A stretch of DNA of 63,818 nucleotides, filler included, from Kipferlia bialata (taxonomy: Eukaryota): assembly GCA_003568945.1 (NCBI GenBank). It is 4 parts of 4 records of this genome, joined end to end, with 100 filler letters (N's around TTAATTAATTAA, not from the genome) between each part and the next. Parts side by side here need not be neighbours in the genome. Positions count along the whole stretch, not along the records: positions 1 to 25,862 come from BDIP01000093.1; 3 more parts are not named here. One strand, written 5' to 3'. A program made the translations under genes and the position numbers. Shown here piece by piece: positions 1-15,600 of the stretch. The notes beneath the pieces were generated by a model, which saw nothing but the letters and a program-made list of their open reading frames with translations, was not told the origin of the DNA and searched no databases. Within the stretch, counting starts at the first letter, position 1. Each line of letters begins with the position of its first letter.

Positions 1-86
1 CCCCCCCTTTCGTCACCAATTTTTGCGTTCCTTCACCAGTCACGTTGTCCATCTCTCTCTCTCCCCCCCCCCCCACATGACCCCAG

Positions 87-3000
87 AAACTCTCCAGCAC
101 CGATGCGAGTGTGTCGTCTCTCTTCGGATACTCAGTGGCCATATACGGTATGCGTTGTGTCATATTAGTCACTCTATTGATCTGTGTTCCTCCGTGATAT
201 CTCTATCTCTTTACATATATATTCATGCACCCTTAGCTTGCATCGATATTCAGCCCACAGGTGTGTATACCCATCTCTGTCCGGCAGTCCCTCACTGCCC
301 CTGACTCCTACCCCTTATCCCTTACCCTAGGCGACTGGGCTGCCGTTGGGGGTCCTGAGTCCAACTCGGCCGGGTCTGGCAGTGGCATGGTGGCCATATA
401 CCACCGGACAGACGCAGACACCAACACGGTGGGGATAGATGCCATACACTCGTTGAACTATGATTGATTCTCAACCCTAGAGGTTACATCTCCCCAATAT
501 ATGCACACATATACCCGTATGTGTATATCCATTCACTCCCCCTCTACACCCCCTGTCTCTGTCTCTGTCTGTCTATGTCTCATGCGCTAGTGGGCCTTTG
601 ACCACCATGTGACCTCTGGGTTCAGTGGGGGTGACCATATGGGCACATCCCTGGCCATGGTATGTGCATGCCTCTCTCTCTCTCTCTCTCTCTCTGTCGA
701 GGCCAATGTGGTGATAAATGACATGTTTCTTGTAGTACTATGTTGGTATATATGCATCTGAACTACTTTTGATATCCAATATGTACCGATAACCCCCTCC
801 CCTCTCTCCCCTCCCACTCCAGTATGGAGAGTTACTGGTCACAGGATCATATGCATCCTCACCCACCGTACACAAGAGGTATCAGGCAGTCGGGTGTATA
901 CATATGTGGTACAGTGTTTGAATGCTTCAGCACCCCACTCACCCGTCACTATTCCCATCCATTTACTGACCCAGGGGCGCCACGTATGATATAGCAGACA
1001 CTCTGGGACCGCACTCTGAGCCATACACAGGGGATGAGGTACCATGCATCGTATCAGTGCAGATGCCAGTAGGGAGAGTGTATATATGATATGATACTAT
1101 GTGCACATACCCACATACCCCAAGTGTCTAATGCCCAGACTCTGTACTATGGAGAGAACGTAGCCATTACCGTACTGTCCAATGGAGACACAGGTATGTG
1201 CTCAGCGAGTACTGCCCCTGCCCACACCCCGAGGCATATACATACATATCTCCCACCTCTGTACAACCCCATCCCCACCCCCAGTTGTGGCTGTGGCCTC
1301 TGAGTACTATGAGGCAGAGGGTACAGCAGACGGGGGTAGCACAGTCACCTACAAGGGAGCAGTGTTCCTGTACACGTACGTCAGTGATGGTATTGTCTGT
1401 TGCTGTTGTGTATACTACTCTATATATTCACACGTATTTGATGTATGGACATACAATATATGGACTGACCTATTCCTAACAGTCCTTGATGTCAGGTAGG
1501 TATATCCATCCCACTCCATATTCTATACACCCTTTTTACGCTACCTCCCCCCCCTCCCCCCCAATGTTATAATGTCAGGTCCGAGTCCGGTGACTTTGAC
1601 GATACCACATACACCATACTGCAGCAGCCTGCCACAGACAATTTTGACTACCATATGAATTTCGGGGCCCAGGTCGCCATGCTAGGTGGGTCATGTGGAT
1701 ACAAGTCTCTGTGGATGTGTGGCACTCTTCCTCTCTTATGTTACATATGAGTGATTCATGGATACATGGAAGTAGCAATGTGTGTATGTTGCCATCCAAC
1801 CCAGATGCCATACCTCTCACCCCCAGGCGACAGACTTCTGGTCAGTCTCGGGTCAGGAAACAGGGTATGGCCGATGTATACACGTATATCTCTTGTGTAT
1901 ACGAGTGTTTTCGTTCAGTGTTTGGATTTGAGTAACCTCTATACAATTGACAACATCAATTATCTCTATACCCCACCCCAGGTGTATGTGTACGACCACG
2001 ACCAGCAGTCGCCAGGCTCCTTCATACACACACACACCCTGCAAGGAGACATGTTCACCGACTTTGGCGTGGTGAGTGGGTATATATATATATAGTGTGG
2101 GTGTACATGGCATCGATATTAGTATGGATCATCGGACCGTGTCGGTTCAGTTTCAATGCCAGTTCTGGTATCTCTTTCCCCCTGCATCATCTTCTAACTC
2201 CTTGATTTCGATGCTGATTCCAGGACTCCCTCTCCCTGTCCAGTGAGTACATAGCGGTGGGAGCCAAGTATGGTACGGGTCTGATGTGGATGTGTCAGTC
2301 TTGTGATTGAGTTGTCAGTCATATTGTACTGGACACACTTGCACTGGGGTTCCTGTACCATGAAGCTTCTCACCTGTCTCACCCCCAGTGTCCTCCTACG
2401 GGCTGTCCCACAACGGGTGTGTCTATGTCTACGACGCATCCACCTTCACAGAGGTGGCCAGGTATGGAGTGGAGTCAGTGTCTTACACGTCTACCCGTCT
2501 TCATGTATGCCCCGCCCCCCCCTCTTGCTTACCCCCTAGGTTCGATGGAGAGGCCGATTTCGATATGCTCTCTAGGGTTGCTATCAACTCAGACGTATTG
2601 GCTCTGGGGTATGTGGTGGTGCTGTGTGTATATGTGTGTGTATACCAATTTTTGTCAATACTATTCAACTCAATTCCACGATACTTTTACGCCACAGTGC
2701 ATGCTCATCTAGTATTCTATTCTCTTTTCCACCCTCCCCCTCACTCAGTGCCTTCCACGCCGACTCCTATAACGCTGGCACAGTGGCAAACTCTGGAAGG
2801 GTCTATCTCTACGAGAAGGTATAGTGCGTATCGTAGGGTTCTTGGATGCTCAGAGTGACCTCTTTCTTCTTTGTAACCACTCGTCTTCCATATACCCTTA
2901 CCGCAGGACTCCTCCAATGCCTTCTATCTGGCAGGCACTGTGGTGGGGGGTGGGGCAGACTACTCGTTTGGACACGCCCTGGCTGTCGACACCAGTACGT

Positions 3001-3593
3001 GGATGGCTATACCTATACTACCCACTGGATAGTGCTGACTTCACTGCTTGACATATATATATATATATATACCCAGTGGACTATGTCCTTGTTTGATACC
3101 CTACAGACTAGGTATAGTATTCACTCTGGCCCCTCACCCAGGTGGTGGCAACACTGTTGTGGTGGGCAGTGCCTGCTCTGACACCAGCCTATGCACAGCC
3201 TCGGCGGTACAGGTGGGGGTGTCTGAAGGGGTGTATGTATCTGTGTTCATGTCACCCCTCTATGTATGAGTACTCTCACCCCAGTATGCCCACCTCATCA
3301 CCCCGGGTCTGGTAGCCTCATACAAGCACGCAGCAAGGGTATGGGTGGTATCGATTGTACATATACTCTACTGCGGTGGTTGGCTCTCGTGTGTTTATGG
3401 GGAATATCTCTTTGAGTACTCTCACACATTGTATTCAGCAATTACCCCCCCACCCCCTCTGACCCAGGTTGCCTACAGGACCTACGACATTGAGACGGCC
3501 ATCAGTCTGAACGGGGCACCCATGGGTGGGGTGTCAGTGACCGTGGCTGCTAGGACAGACGAGTCGGACATGACCTCTGACCTCACCCACAAA

Positions 3594-3632
<39 letters not shown>

Positions 3633-6600
3633 AGACCATTGGGATGGGGATGTTACTACTCATATATAGCATGCATTGACCTTGGTCGTCCTTCACCGAC
3701 TGAGACTGCCTCACCCCACAGGTCTTGAACTTTGATGTCGACAACGTCTTCAGCAACACCCACTACGTGAGTGCATCACACCCTGAGGTAGGGAGGGCCT
3801 GAGAGTTACGGCTGTTACTTATCTATCCATATCTTAACATGTTTGCATGTGAAAGGACTCTCTGTTGACTCTGGGTTATGTGGTTGGAAACGTATGCGTA
3901 CATATCCCCTCTCTCCCAGCCCCCACTGCAGATATACATATGCGCCTCCTGGCTGCACTCTGGGGATGTGGATGGGTGCTTCTTCGAGTACCCCCTCCCC
4001 CTCCTCGCCATACCCACAGTCAACAGCGCCAATGTGGAGATAGGTGGGTGGATAGGCGTCAGAGGATGCTGTTGTTGACACGTATGAACATACTAGAGAT
4101 GTGGCTCCCCACTCCTGTGATGTCTCTACCCACCCCCACCCCCATATCCGTTCTGACCCCCAGCCTCCTCCGTCTATGAGTTCGGTCTCTACGACTCAGA
4201 CAGCAACCCAGGCACTGTAGGTTTGTGTGTGTGTGTGTGTGTTGTCATACACATGTGTTCGGCCCTAGTCATCTCAATCAGTGTACAAGCTGCATGTCTC
4301 CTCTTGATAGTGATCTACCCCCAGGCATCGGCGCTGTCTCTCTGAGGGGAGACTGGGCAGTCATTGGAGACCCAGAGTACAACTCATATGTGGGGAGGTG
4401 GGTACAGTGCAACACTCATTAGCATACCATCGTAGAGTACCCAGCTGATGTGTCCAATCTCATATTCTCTCACCTCTCCCTCCTCTCTGTCTACGTGTGG
4501 GGTTAATACCCCACCCTGTAACCCCAGGGCCGCCGTGCTCTACCACGATGCCTCAGGCTGGGAGTGGACACAGTCCCTGCCAGCGACAGACGCCGCCATA
4601 GGTGGGTATATACGGTGTAGATGGTATGGTATAATGGTATGTACTATAGTATGGATCTGACATTGTTGCCATACTACTTTCACTTGTTAGTGTGTCACCG
4701 TGAATACCCTACACTGCCTCTGCATCCATACCCCTACCCTATCTTCTCACCTCTAGAGAATGCTGGTACCACGGTCGCCCTGTCTGGGACAGGGTACCTG
4801 TACGTAGGAGAGACCCGCGAGATAGGAGCAGTTGTCACAGTATACAATCTGCTCAGTGGGCTGTTCCAGTTCGTGACTGACCTGACCGGTGCTGCTGCCG
4901 GTGCCGACACACACTTTGGTTGTAGTCTGGCAGCAGTCGGGGACACGCTGATAGTGGGTGGGTCACCGTGTACACACTATATCTCTCATAACTCCATACT
5001 ATGCAGTGTCTGATGCCAGGTGCCTGTGGGGATGAAGACTCAGACGATGGCAGTTGGCACTACTACCAGGTGGGTGTCTGTCTATATATATACATATATG
5101 TGTATATATGTGTATGTGTGTGTGTGTTGGCTCCATTACCAGGTTGGGATGTGTGCGTGTCTCTCTCTAATCCTCTCACCTCTCGATGGCGAGTGGCATC
5201 ATTGTGGTATATGTATTGTTGTCCCCCCCCTCACCCCAGATGGTGAATGATGTCCCTGTCCACAAGCAGACCGTGACTGGGTCGGCGACTAGGTGGGAGT
5301 TGTAATCACATGCACACAGTGACCAGTGGTACACCGTCCCTGTCATCCAAGTTACCCCGCCTATCTCTTCCCTCCATGCCTCTCGTGTCTCATGTGTCAT
5401 GCCTCATGTCCAGGCTTGGTCTCAGTATGTCCCTCAGTCCAGACGCACAGACCCTGGCAGTGTCGACAGGTGGGAGTACGCCCATACCTTTGACTATACA
5501 CGCTTGTCTGTCCATACGTTGTGTCATATCCTGCATGGGTCTTTCATACCCTAGGCAAACCAAGTGAGACCGGCACTGTCTATTTGTACGAGTTAGACAC
5601 TGATTCCAACCAGTACGTCTGGGGCGGCGTCTCCTTCGAGGGGTCATCTGTGTCCATGTCCTCAGACGACAGATACGGCACCTGCGTGGGTGTGACCGAT
5701 GGGGGCTTTGTGTGTGTGGGTGCCCCCTCCCACTCAGGGCACACAGACACCCAGGGGAAGGTGGTGTGCTACTACCTGGATAGCAATGGAGACTACACTG
5801 AGGGTCCCACCCTGTCAGCCCCTACCCCTGCTGTCAATGAATACTTCGGCACAGGGGTGGCCGTGGTGGAGAGGCCGGACAGCAGCATAGAGCTGGTAGT
5901 GAGCACGGCCATTGGGAACGCATACTCATACTCATGGGGGTCCGGCACCCACACGTGGACGCTGAACACGCAGATGCAGAGAGGGGACTCAGAGGTTATA
6001 TGCGGCATGGACGTGGACACCTCAGCGGTGACGGTGGGGATCAAGGCCCTGTTTGGGGTGGCAGGGTATGGGACATACGGGCAGGCCATGCATCTGAGCA
6101 TCGACGAAGACGTGTATGTCAAGTCCTACTCGATGGGACTGTCGGGGGGGAGCCTATCTCCAGGTGGCATAGGATGTGTATGGTGTAGATGGTGTATTAT
6201 ATAGTCCTCACCCTCAATTTGATATATCTGCCCGGTGCAACCCCACCTCAGGCTCCAACACCCTATCCCTCTCCCTGACGAGGCTGGGCGACCTCACCCC
6301 TGTCTGTGGGGCATATGCTTCAGAGACATACGCGCAGGTTGGGGGGTGTTATATGTTGCACCTCTGATACCATCTCGACTGTAGTTTGTGTCTATGATGC
6401 CTCTGACCTCTATATAGTGTGTACATGGTGTGTCTATGCTGACACTAGGGCTGGAATGACTTTGGCCAGTCTTCTGTGTCCCCCCTCTACATGGCCTATG
6501 ACGGTGCGACATCCCTGTACACCCAGGAGCAGGTATAGATGTGGATAGATGTATATATATAGATATATGGGTGTTCACATATGAGTAGGTATGGGTATAG

Positions 6601-9600
6601 AGAGATGTGAGTACAGGTATAGAGGTGGGCAGTGTGTCTCGTCTCCCTGGGTCCCTCCGTCTCACCCTAGGTCCAGGTGGACGGAGGCTATGCCCTGCAC
6701 TTCTACGCGGTGTCCAGTGCCAACACGCACCTGTCCTATATCACAGGGAGAGACGGGTTCTATGATGGCACGGTGAGTGGGGCTATGGATATGTGAATAT
6801 ACGTATATGTATATGTATACGTATATGTATATGTATATGTATATGTATATATGACTATACTGGCTACATACTGAATATCCTCCCGTCCCCACCCCAGGTG
6901 CCTACTGGCCCCTCCTACCTGTATGGAGATGCTGTGGTCACAGACACCACCACAGACGCCACTCACCCTGTGGCATCCTATGCCATAGCTCAGGACTACT
7001 CCTTTGCTGGGGTGCCTAGGTGGGGGGGCTTGATAGTCAGTGCCGGTTGTGCATATATACATAATATTCTGGTGCGGTGTTGCATACTGGGAGTGTCCGG
7101 TGTCTGTTGAATGTGTATTGTATATGGTTGGGTATTATTGCATCCCAATACTGGTTGCTAAATGTCTACCACTTGCCATCCCTCTACCACTCCATCAGTA
7201 TCTAGATATTGCTAGATATGTACCCCTTGACCCCAGTGCCGAGGGTGCCTCTGGGGAGACCGATGTGGGTGTTGTCCATGTCTACAGAAGGGTGGGTGGT
7301 GTTATGTGACAGAGTAGAGTGGGGGGGTACCCTGCCAACATCTCCATCTCCCTCTCCCTCTCCCTCTCCCTCTCGCTCACCCTCAGACCAACTCCTCGTG
7401 GTCTTGGGACCACTCCATCTCTCCCCCTACAGACACACCCAATCAGGTGGGGGTGGTGTGTGTATGTGAATGTGTATATATGAGACATATATGATATTTA
7501 CAAATTGGCCAGGGATACTAACTATACCACTTATGTATACTATATGGGATGATCCTCATTGTTAAACTTACACATATGATCAGTGTATATATTCAACATG
7601 GGATGTCAGGACATGTATGGCATATAACTTGTGGGTGGCCAGGTATAGTGGGCGCTGTGAACACAGGTCAACGGATGCATTATTGCTCTATTCTTTCTCT
7701 TCGTTCCACTGATGACTGATGACTGATGGTCAGGAGTTTGGGTCTTCCATTGCCACATACGGGGTATGGATAGCCATACAGGGATATGGTACGGTCATCA
7801 TTCTTTTCTGTATGTATATCTGAATTATGTGTATTTGTAGCATCAATTGTCTGCATTGACAAACTATTGGTGCATACCATGTTATACTATACGTGTTGTC
7901 CTATTGTGTCAAGCTCTGTCCTTCGTCATGCCCTCATCCATGTCCTTCCTCATGTCCTCAACCATGCCCTCATAGACAGATGGAACTGAGCACGTGGTGT
8001 ACATGTATCTGCTGCAGAATTCAGGAGGCAGTTGGATCTACGTCTACCACTCCACACTCCGTCAGACCGGAAGGTGCCACCAGTGTACATTATGTATATG
8101 TGGATATCTGTATATGTCTGGTTTATCCATTTGATGGGTTATTCGATCCAACGTGTTGTGGGGGTCTGTATCGCTGATGGACTAAAGTTTAGTCACTTAA
8201 CATGACACTTGCGATACAATACCCTTACACCAGTGTGGCCACCAGCCAGTTTGGGTATTCTCTGTCCATGATGGACTTTGTCTTAGTCGTTGGAGCTCCA
8301 TACGACTTAGGTATGGATATACAGAGATAATAACAGTCACTCACTTGAGTGTTTGGTCATCAAGATCATCTTCTACCCCTTTCTCATCATGGCTGGTTTC
8401 CTGTATACGTATACATACATATCTGTGGTCTTTCTCTGACAATTAGGAGCATGTGGGAGTGCCTACATCTTCGAGTACAGCACAAGCACATACGGTGAGT
8501 GCACTATCTGTATCAGTAGGGCGAGGGACCTGTCGGGATACTGCTACTGATACTGATACTTGGGTCCAGTCTACATACCATATTGCATGGAATTTGCATT
8601 TCTCCCACATTCACTTCACATACACCTCATATTCATTTACAACACCCCTCATACACATCTGATATGTATTAGATACCCCCTGATACCTACATGCCCCCCT
8701 CATAGCAGTGTGGGAGCTGACCAAGTACCTGGTGCCCGAGGGTACTACAGGCGTCAACAACCAGGTATAGAGCGGGTGTCATGGCCTGTCACCACTGAGG
8801 AGAGAACATTCATTCCTCCCCTCACCTCCAGCGTTTTGGTATATCAGTGGATGCCACGCCGAGCTATAGCTATGGCTATGTGGTTATTGGGGCCAGCCAC
8901 TCTCCTGGCGACATATACCCCACCCACGGAGAGGTTCGCAGAGACTGCCTACTGTATAAGTGTATATCTTGTATATATTGTTTCTATGTATCCGGTTTGT
9001 AATGATTTTCATTCATGGGCTGATAGAATTGTACAGTTGCCGATACAACGTCATTCTGCGCTTACTCAGGTGTACGTGTACGACCGTCTTGTTACTAGCG
9101 TCTCTGCGGGAGATGTGTCCTGGGGTCAGGTCTACTTCTACTCAGAGCTAGGCAACTTCGGACAGTCAGTAGGTACTATGCTTTCCATCATATAGTATTC
9201 TTCGCACAGTATGCAATATCTGGGTAGCTCTGTATCCCTTCCCACCCCCAGCTGGCAACGGATCCTACATATACGTGGGTGCCCCCACCTACACCCAGAC
9301 GGCAGGGGCTGAGGCCGGTGCGGTGTATGTCTTCCGAAGGACCGGCACCAACCCCTCCACCTTCTCCCTCCACTACACACATGCAGGCACTGAGGCATAC
9401 CAGCAGCTGGGCCATGCCCTCAGTCCTCAGAAGTCGTATGTGGTCGCTGGGTCCCCAGGTGACGTCAACCCAGTGTCGGGGGATGTCACAGGGTCAGTGG
9501 CAGTGTACGGGTCCTCTTCCCTCTACATGAAGACATACCACTGGCAGGCTGGGGCAGGTCTCGGTACCATCCTTGCGTCATACTTCAACACCTGGAGGAT

Positions 9601-12600
9601 ACTCGCAGGTGGGGGCACGGATTCTCTTTCCACTCTATCTTAACTGTTGTATAGACTGTTCATAGCATATACTCTCCTTTCCTCTCTCACCATAGGTTCT
9701 GGAACTGATCTGTACACCTTCCAGTCACTGAGCACTAAGCTAACTCTTGACGAAAGGTATTGTATATGGAGCGTTTCTGTGTGCGTGTATGTCTTTATGG
9801 TAGACTACGTCTCACCGAGTGTTTTGTGGTGGAATAGACGACTATCAGTCTCATTTCTCTGATCCCCCCATATGTATCTCACTCCAAGGGTGTATGAACT
9901 GGGTGTCAACCAGATAGGGGTCACGCTGGAGGTGAGAGACATGTATAGATGTTGTGCATGCAGTGAATAGTTCAGTATAGCCGTCTGGCATCTTATCACC
10001 CCGTGGTGGTATTTGATATATATGATATATATAGATATATAGTGATGGGTCGTACGTGGTAGAGTACCCCTCCCACCGTTCCCACCCCCAGAACAAGACT
10101 ACCGGCTCAACCATCACCGACAGTGACGGAATCACCCTGTCCCTCACGTCTGAGGGGGCCACCCATTCCATCCCGAGCTACACAACACAGTATCTCAGGT
10201 ATCATATATATACACATCTCAATATCTCAGGGACAAGGCTGTATGCAGTGGGGGGTGTATCTGTCTTGGATGGATGTATTGGACTATTTGTTTCACCCAC
10301 TGTCGTATCTCACGTACCCACTCCAGCGACCCCCTTCTCTTCAGTGCGGCAGGGGCAGAGCCCACCCTAGGGGTGCAACACGAGGGGCCCAATGCAGGGG
10401 GGGCACTCTACTCCTCTGTGTACAAGGTGTGTGTGTGTGTTTGAGTGTTGCATGCCTATGTGTATGTTGCTCCCACTGATACTGGTACTGATATCTCTGT
10501 CTGACCTCTAGTTGAGTTCTGGGTCTGTGTCTCTGCTGACAGAGACGGGGGACATAGACTCCGTGTACTCACCGGCCATATCTATAGACTACAGCGCACC
10601 TGAGTTCAGGTACATATAGCCATGTCTATTCAAACAAGTATCAGTGGCACACCCCATTCACACATACCCACATGCACACTTGCATATTGATCTGTCATAC
10701 CCTCATGCCAGGCTTCTCAACTCCAATGGGTACTCGATCCATAGCAATGATTGGGTATGTGGTGTGTGTCTCTGTGGTGTATCGACCTCTATCATCTCTC
10801 TCTCTCTCCCCTAACCCAGGCTGTAGAGGTCAGACGGAGTACAGATGGCGACGCGTCATACAGGTTAGTACATATCGATATAGTGTGTACGGGACACTGT
10901 TTGTTGGACAGATTGTGCCAGCACTCGTCCATATATATATCTATATTAATATATATATATATATACCCCATTGACTAGTCTAGTATGGCTCAGACCTGAC
11001 CCCAGGACGTGTGAGTATGATAGTGACTCGGGGATGTACACACTGGCTTCTGGTCAAGACTCTATGGCGTATACCGAGGGAACACACAGCTACACGGTCC
11101 GGGTACGCGATGATCTCTGTCGCTTGTGTATATTTATCTGTATATGCTCACCCTCAGGTTCACCTAGCCCGTGGCTCTGTCCTCACTTTGACTGTGCCGG
11201 TGGTCGTGTACTCGTCCACCACTCCTGTCTCATTCAGCCTCAGCAGGTGGGTCACATACTCTGGGGGGTGGTTGTGACACAGGGACACCTCGACTCTTTG
11301 CACAGTCATCACTGTATATGTATATATGTATATATATATATATGTATATATGCACAGGTGGCCACATGCCTCCAACCCCCAGGGAGAGTGTGCCCACAGG
11401 GGTGGATACTGTGTTAGAGGTCACCGTTACAGACGCTACAGGTGCTACTGATATTCTGGTATCCAGCTACCCCTTCCTTGTGACTCCACCCCACCTATAT
11501 AGATATAGATATAGATATAGATATAGATATATAGATATGGATATGGATATAGATATAGATATAGATATAGATATAGATATGGATATGGATATGGATATGG
11601 ATATTGATATACATATGTACTCACCAGCTAGACAACACTCTGGGTGGCTCCTCCGTGCCCCTCATTGGCAACTTCTACAACCTGGAGAGGTGGGTGCGGT
11701 GGCTCATTATATGTATATATATATATATATATATATCTGGTTGATAGCATAGGTAGACTGTTGTACATCTGAACCTTCGTTCTATCCTGACGCCAGTGTG
11801 ACTGCTGTATGGAACCACAACACAAGGGTCTATCAGGCATGTACCTCTCTCTGTATGCACGACAAGTGACTTGTGACTATTGGATATACTGTATGTCAGC
11901 TCAGATGGTCCTCTCTTTACCCCTGTCCCTCCATATCATATGCATCCCATGTATCATATATATCCCCCCCCTCTCCTCACCCATATCCCCGTGACCATTC
12001 CCATGAACTGGGGCACCAGGACCCTGGCCCTCACCTTCAACTCACAGGCCACCCCCTACACCACATCAGTGCACCCCACCCTACCCCACTCGGTGTCTGC
12101 TGAGATGAACAACTCAGTGGTGCCGTACGGGGGTCTGCTGTTGGGCGGCAGGGTGGCCGTGTCTGGGGCCTATGCTGCACTGTCCACTGCATCACAGGTA
12201 CGGAGGGGTGTGGGACCCAGGGTAACTGTTGTCGGTATAGACATCCACACTATTATGTAGTGTCAGCCATCTGATGCCTCTCTAACACCCCAGGAGGTCG
12301 ACATGTACAAGTACGACGCAAGTGCCCAGACGTACAGCTTTGAGTCGCTTATAGGTACCTGACTACATCTCTTTCCTAAACGGTGGCCATACCAACGTGT
12401 GTTATACTGTAATTTGGTATCCCCCCCTTGACCCCCAGACTACTCTGATGTATACCCCCATGACTCCCTCGGGTGTGTCTTTGAGGTGGTGATGGATGGG
12501 GACTGGCTGGCTGTGTCCTATGGGGACCTCGACATCGTGCTGATATACAAGGTACGTACCTCGGGAGCAGGGTGTCTAAGTGGATGTGAATGAAGTCTAT

Positions 12601-15600
12601 TGCACCAGTGGATAATCCATCTTTATCTGCATCTATCATCACTCCACCTATGACTATCCCGCCTATGTCTCATACCAGCTGTCTGGCAGTTCGTGGTCAC
12701 GGGCACAGAGGCTAGACGGCACAGATGGGGAAGGGTTCGGGACATCCATGGCTATGGAGGGCCGGTTCCTGCTAGTAGGTCAGGATTATGCTTGGTATAC
12801 AGAAATACCCCCCACCCACCCCCCCTTCCCCCAGGTGCCCCCGACCCCTCTGCCACAGGTGGATACTCAGGGCAGGTGTATGTGTACCACCTGCTAGACT
12901 CTGGCGTGTGGACACTGATGGGCATCAGTACCAACCCCACAAGGTGAGGGTGAGGGGCAACAGAGCACGAGATGTTAGGATGTATTATGTATTATGTGTG
13001 ACATAACAAACCCTCTCCTATACTCTGGCTGGTATGCGGTCCCACATCCTGTATATATATCATGAACCGTACATTACCCTGATGGTCAGCGGAGAACTGT
13101 ACGGTACCACCCTAGCCCTTGACGTGAGTGTTGATGGAGTGGCAGGGGAGGAGGTGCTCTCCATGGCCATCTCTTGTGGGACACCAGGTGGGGTATATAC
13201 ATATACACATATGCATATACATGCATATACATACATATACATGTAGGGTGCGTCATGCAGCATCATGTATATGTGTGTGGGTGAGTGCAGATAATGAGTA
13301 AGGCGGCACATACATATACCCCGCTCCTTTGATATCCTATGAAGTACTGTGGTATCGTCCTAACCACAGGGACCAACAGCGTCCTGGTGTCCGACACGAC
13401 TGTATCCTCTCTGGACTATGTGTTTGGCACCCCCACCACTCTCACTGTCGCCTCTTCCCACATCGGCACAGGCCTGGCACTGTCAGGTGGGTGGGTGAAG
13501 AGGGTGTATGGGGTACTAGTATACTATGGGAAGAACAGAGGGCAGGAGACTCTATGATGTGTTTCATGAACCATGCCTCCCATCCCACCTCAGGCTCTGT
13601 CCTTGCCGTATCGGACACTGAGGCTGACTCAACCACTGTGGGGAAGGTATCTTAGGAGTGGGCATATATATATATATATATCGGACTGTGCAGTTTGGTG
13701 TTCACGGTATTAACCTCAGGTGTACATCTACGCTGTCCAGGCCGACATGACTCTTGACCTGATGGATACACTCTACGGGAGTGAGGCAGGTGGGTGATGT
13801 CTGAATGCCATCCCCGTATGTGTCATAACGGACATTGACTCATGTGTAAGTACTTGTAGAGTTTACCCCAGGCGATTTGTTTGGCTCCTCCCTTTCCCTC
13901 GATGGGGACTATCTGGCTGTGAGCACAGCCACTGGACACGTCAGTCTGTACCAGGCACGGCAGTGTGTGTGGTGTAGTATGAAGTAGTATTGTATAGCAG
14001 TGCCCGTGGTGTATCATGTACCATCATACTCGACTGATCTCTGCAGCACATGCCTTCTCACCTCAGACCACCAACTCTTGGACAACGTGTGCCAAGGTTG
14101 GAGACATCGACCCCACTGGGACCGATGCAGGCAGCCTAGGTGCGCATCACATATATCTCATACACCCCACTCCCTCCGGCCTTATTAGCAATGTCTGCCG
14201 AGCATCTATCCATACCCATACCCACCCCAGGTGTCAGTCTGGCCATGGCCGAGGGGTGTCTGCTGGTGGGGGACCCAGGGTATGAGTCTAGCACCGGCCG
14301 TGCCCTCGGCCTGCACTCTCTCCTTGCCGTGCCCTACTGGGACAGCCTGAGTGACACAAGTGCACCCCGCACTGCTAGGTATCAGTATCAGTATCAGTAT
14401 CAGGAGGCACACAGTCTGTATATATAGGAGAACACTCATTTTGGGTATCCTTGTTTCTTCAGTGGAGTTCAGCCTTTCTTTCTGTATATAGACTGTGGGC
14501 AGCATTGTTGGGTAGTGATCCCATGCGTACCCCTCAAGCAGTGACTCACCCAGGTCCCTCACCCACACCGTTGGCTTCACAGACGGTGCTGGGTCTGCAG
14601 TGGATATGGGTACTAGGCGTGTGGTATCCACCATCACTGATGACTCCAACGAGTATGTGATGTACCGCCATAACACGGGCATCTACAAGAAGCCCATAGC
14701 ATTTGTGGGAGGCAAGGCCGCCAAGGCATCTGTGGAGCGTGAGAGCACCGCTGGGTGGGACGTGGACTCATACCAGTGGGTGCTCTCCCAGGCCATAGGG
14801 CACGGGGTGGATACCACCCTGGTGGTGCCAAATGTGCCGTCCGACAGTACATATGTGTACTTCTACATGCTCAACGAGTATGGTAACTGGTAAGTAGCAG
14901 GGTAGAATGTCGTGTGGTTCCATAGACTTCTATATCTGACCCAGTATGTATTTCCTGTGTCCAAATGCCACAGGCAATACAAGATATATACAAGATCATC
15001 TCTCATCTGACCTTCAGGATGGAAGACACCAGCCTGACCTACACGGTGTACCACAGCACACTCGCAGGCAGCAGCAGCCCCAGTACATCAACTGTCGGTG
15101 GTGTCACTGGGGTGTATGAGCAGATACTCCTCAGCACACTGGGTATCAGTGGAGTGGGTGAGTGGGTGTGTTGGATATACTAGTGTGCTACTTTTTCCTA
15201 CTGCCTCCATATCCCCACTGACCCACCCTAGGCACCTACACGATAGAGGTAAAGACAACACAGGGGTCTGGGTACCGTCACTCTGCTACCTTCAGCGTAG
15301 GGGACGGGGCGGTAGTCACGAGTGCTGTCGCTGACCCCTGGACCCTTATCATCGACAGGGACAACAGCCTGCACCTATCACTCACAGACACAGAGGGACA
15401 GGTGGGGGTCTCTGAGAGTGGATATGATATCACTGCAAGACCTCAGTGCCGTTTGTGTATCAGTGTTCCTGTTTTGTCATCTCTATCACCCTTCTAACAC
15501 TCTAGCCGGTTACTACACAGGCTGCTTGTGAGGGCGTCTATCTGTATGACAGTAATGGGGACCAGCTATCAGACACAGGGGCCATGGACGGAGGTGGGTG

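Noticed and set aside
11318..11752. ORF with YRYRYR/DIDMDM repeats and other YIYIYI-type ORFs
   Set aside because: Translations of intronic microsatellites.
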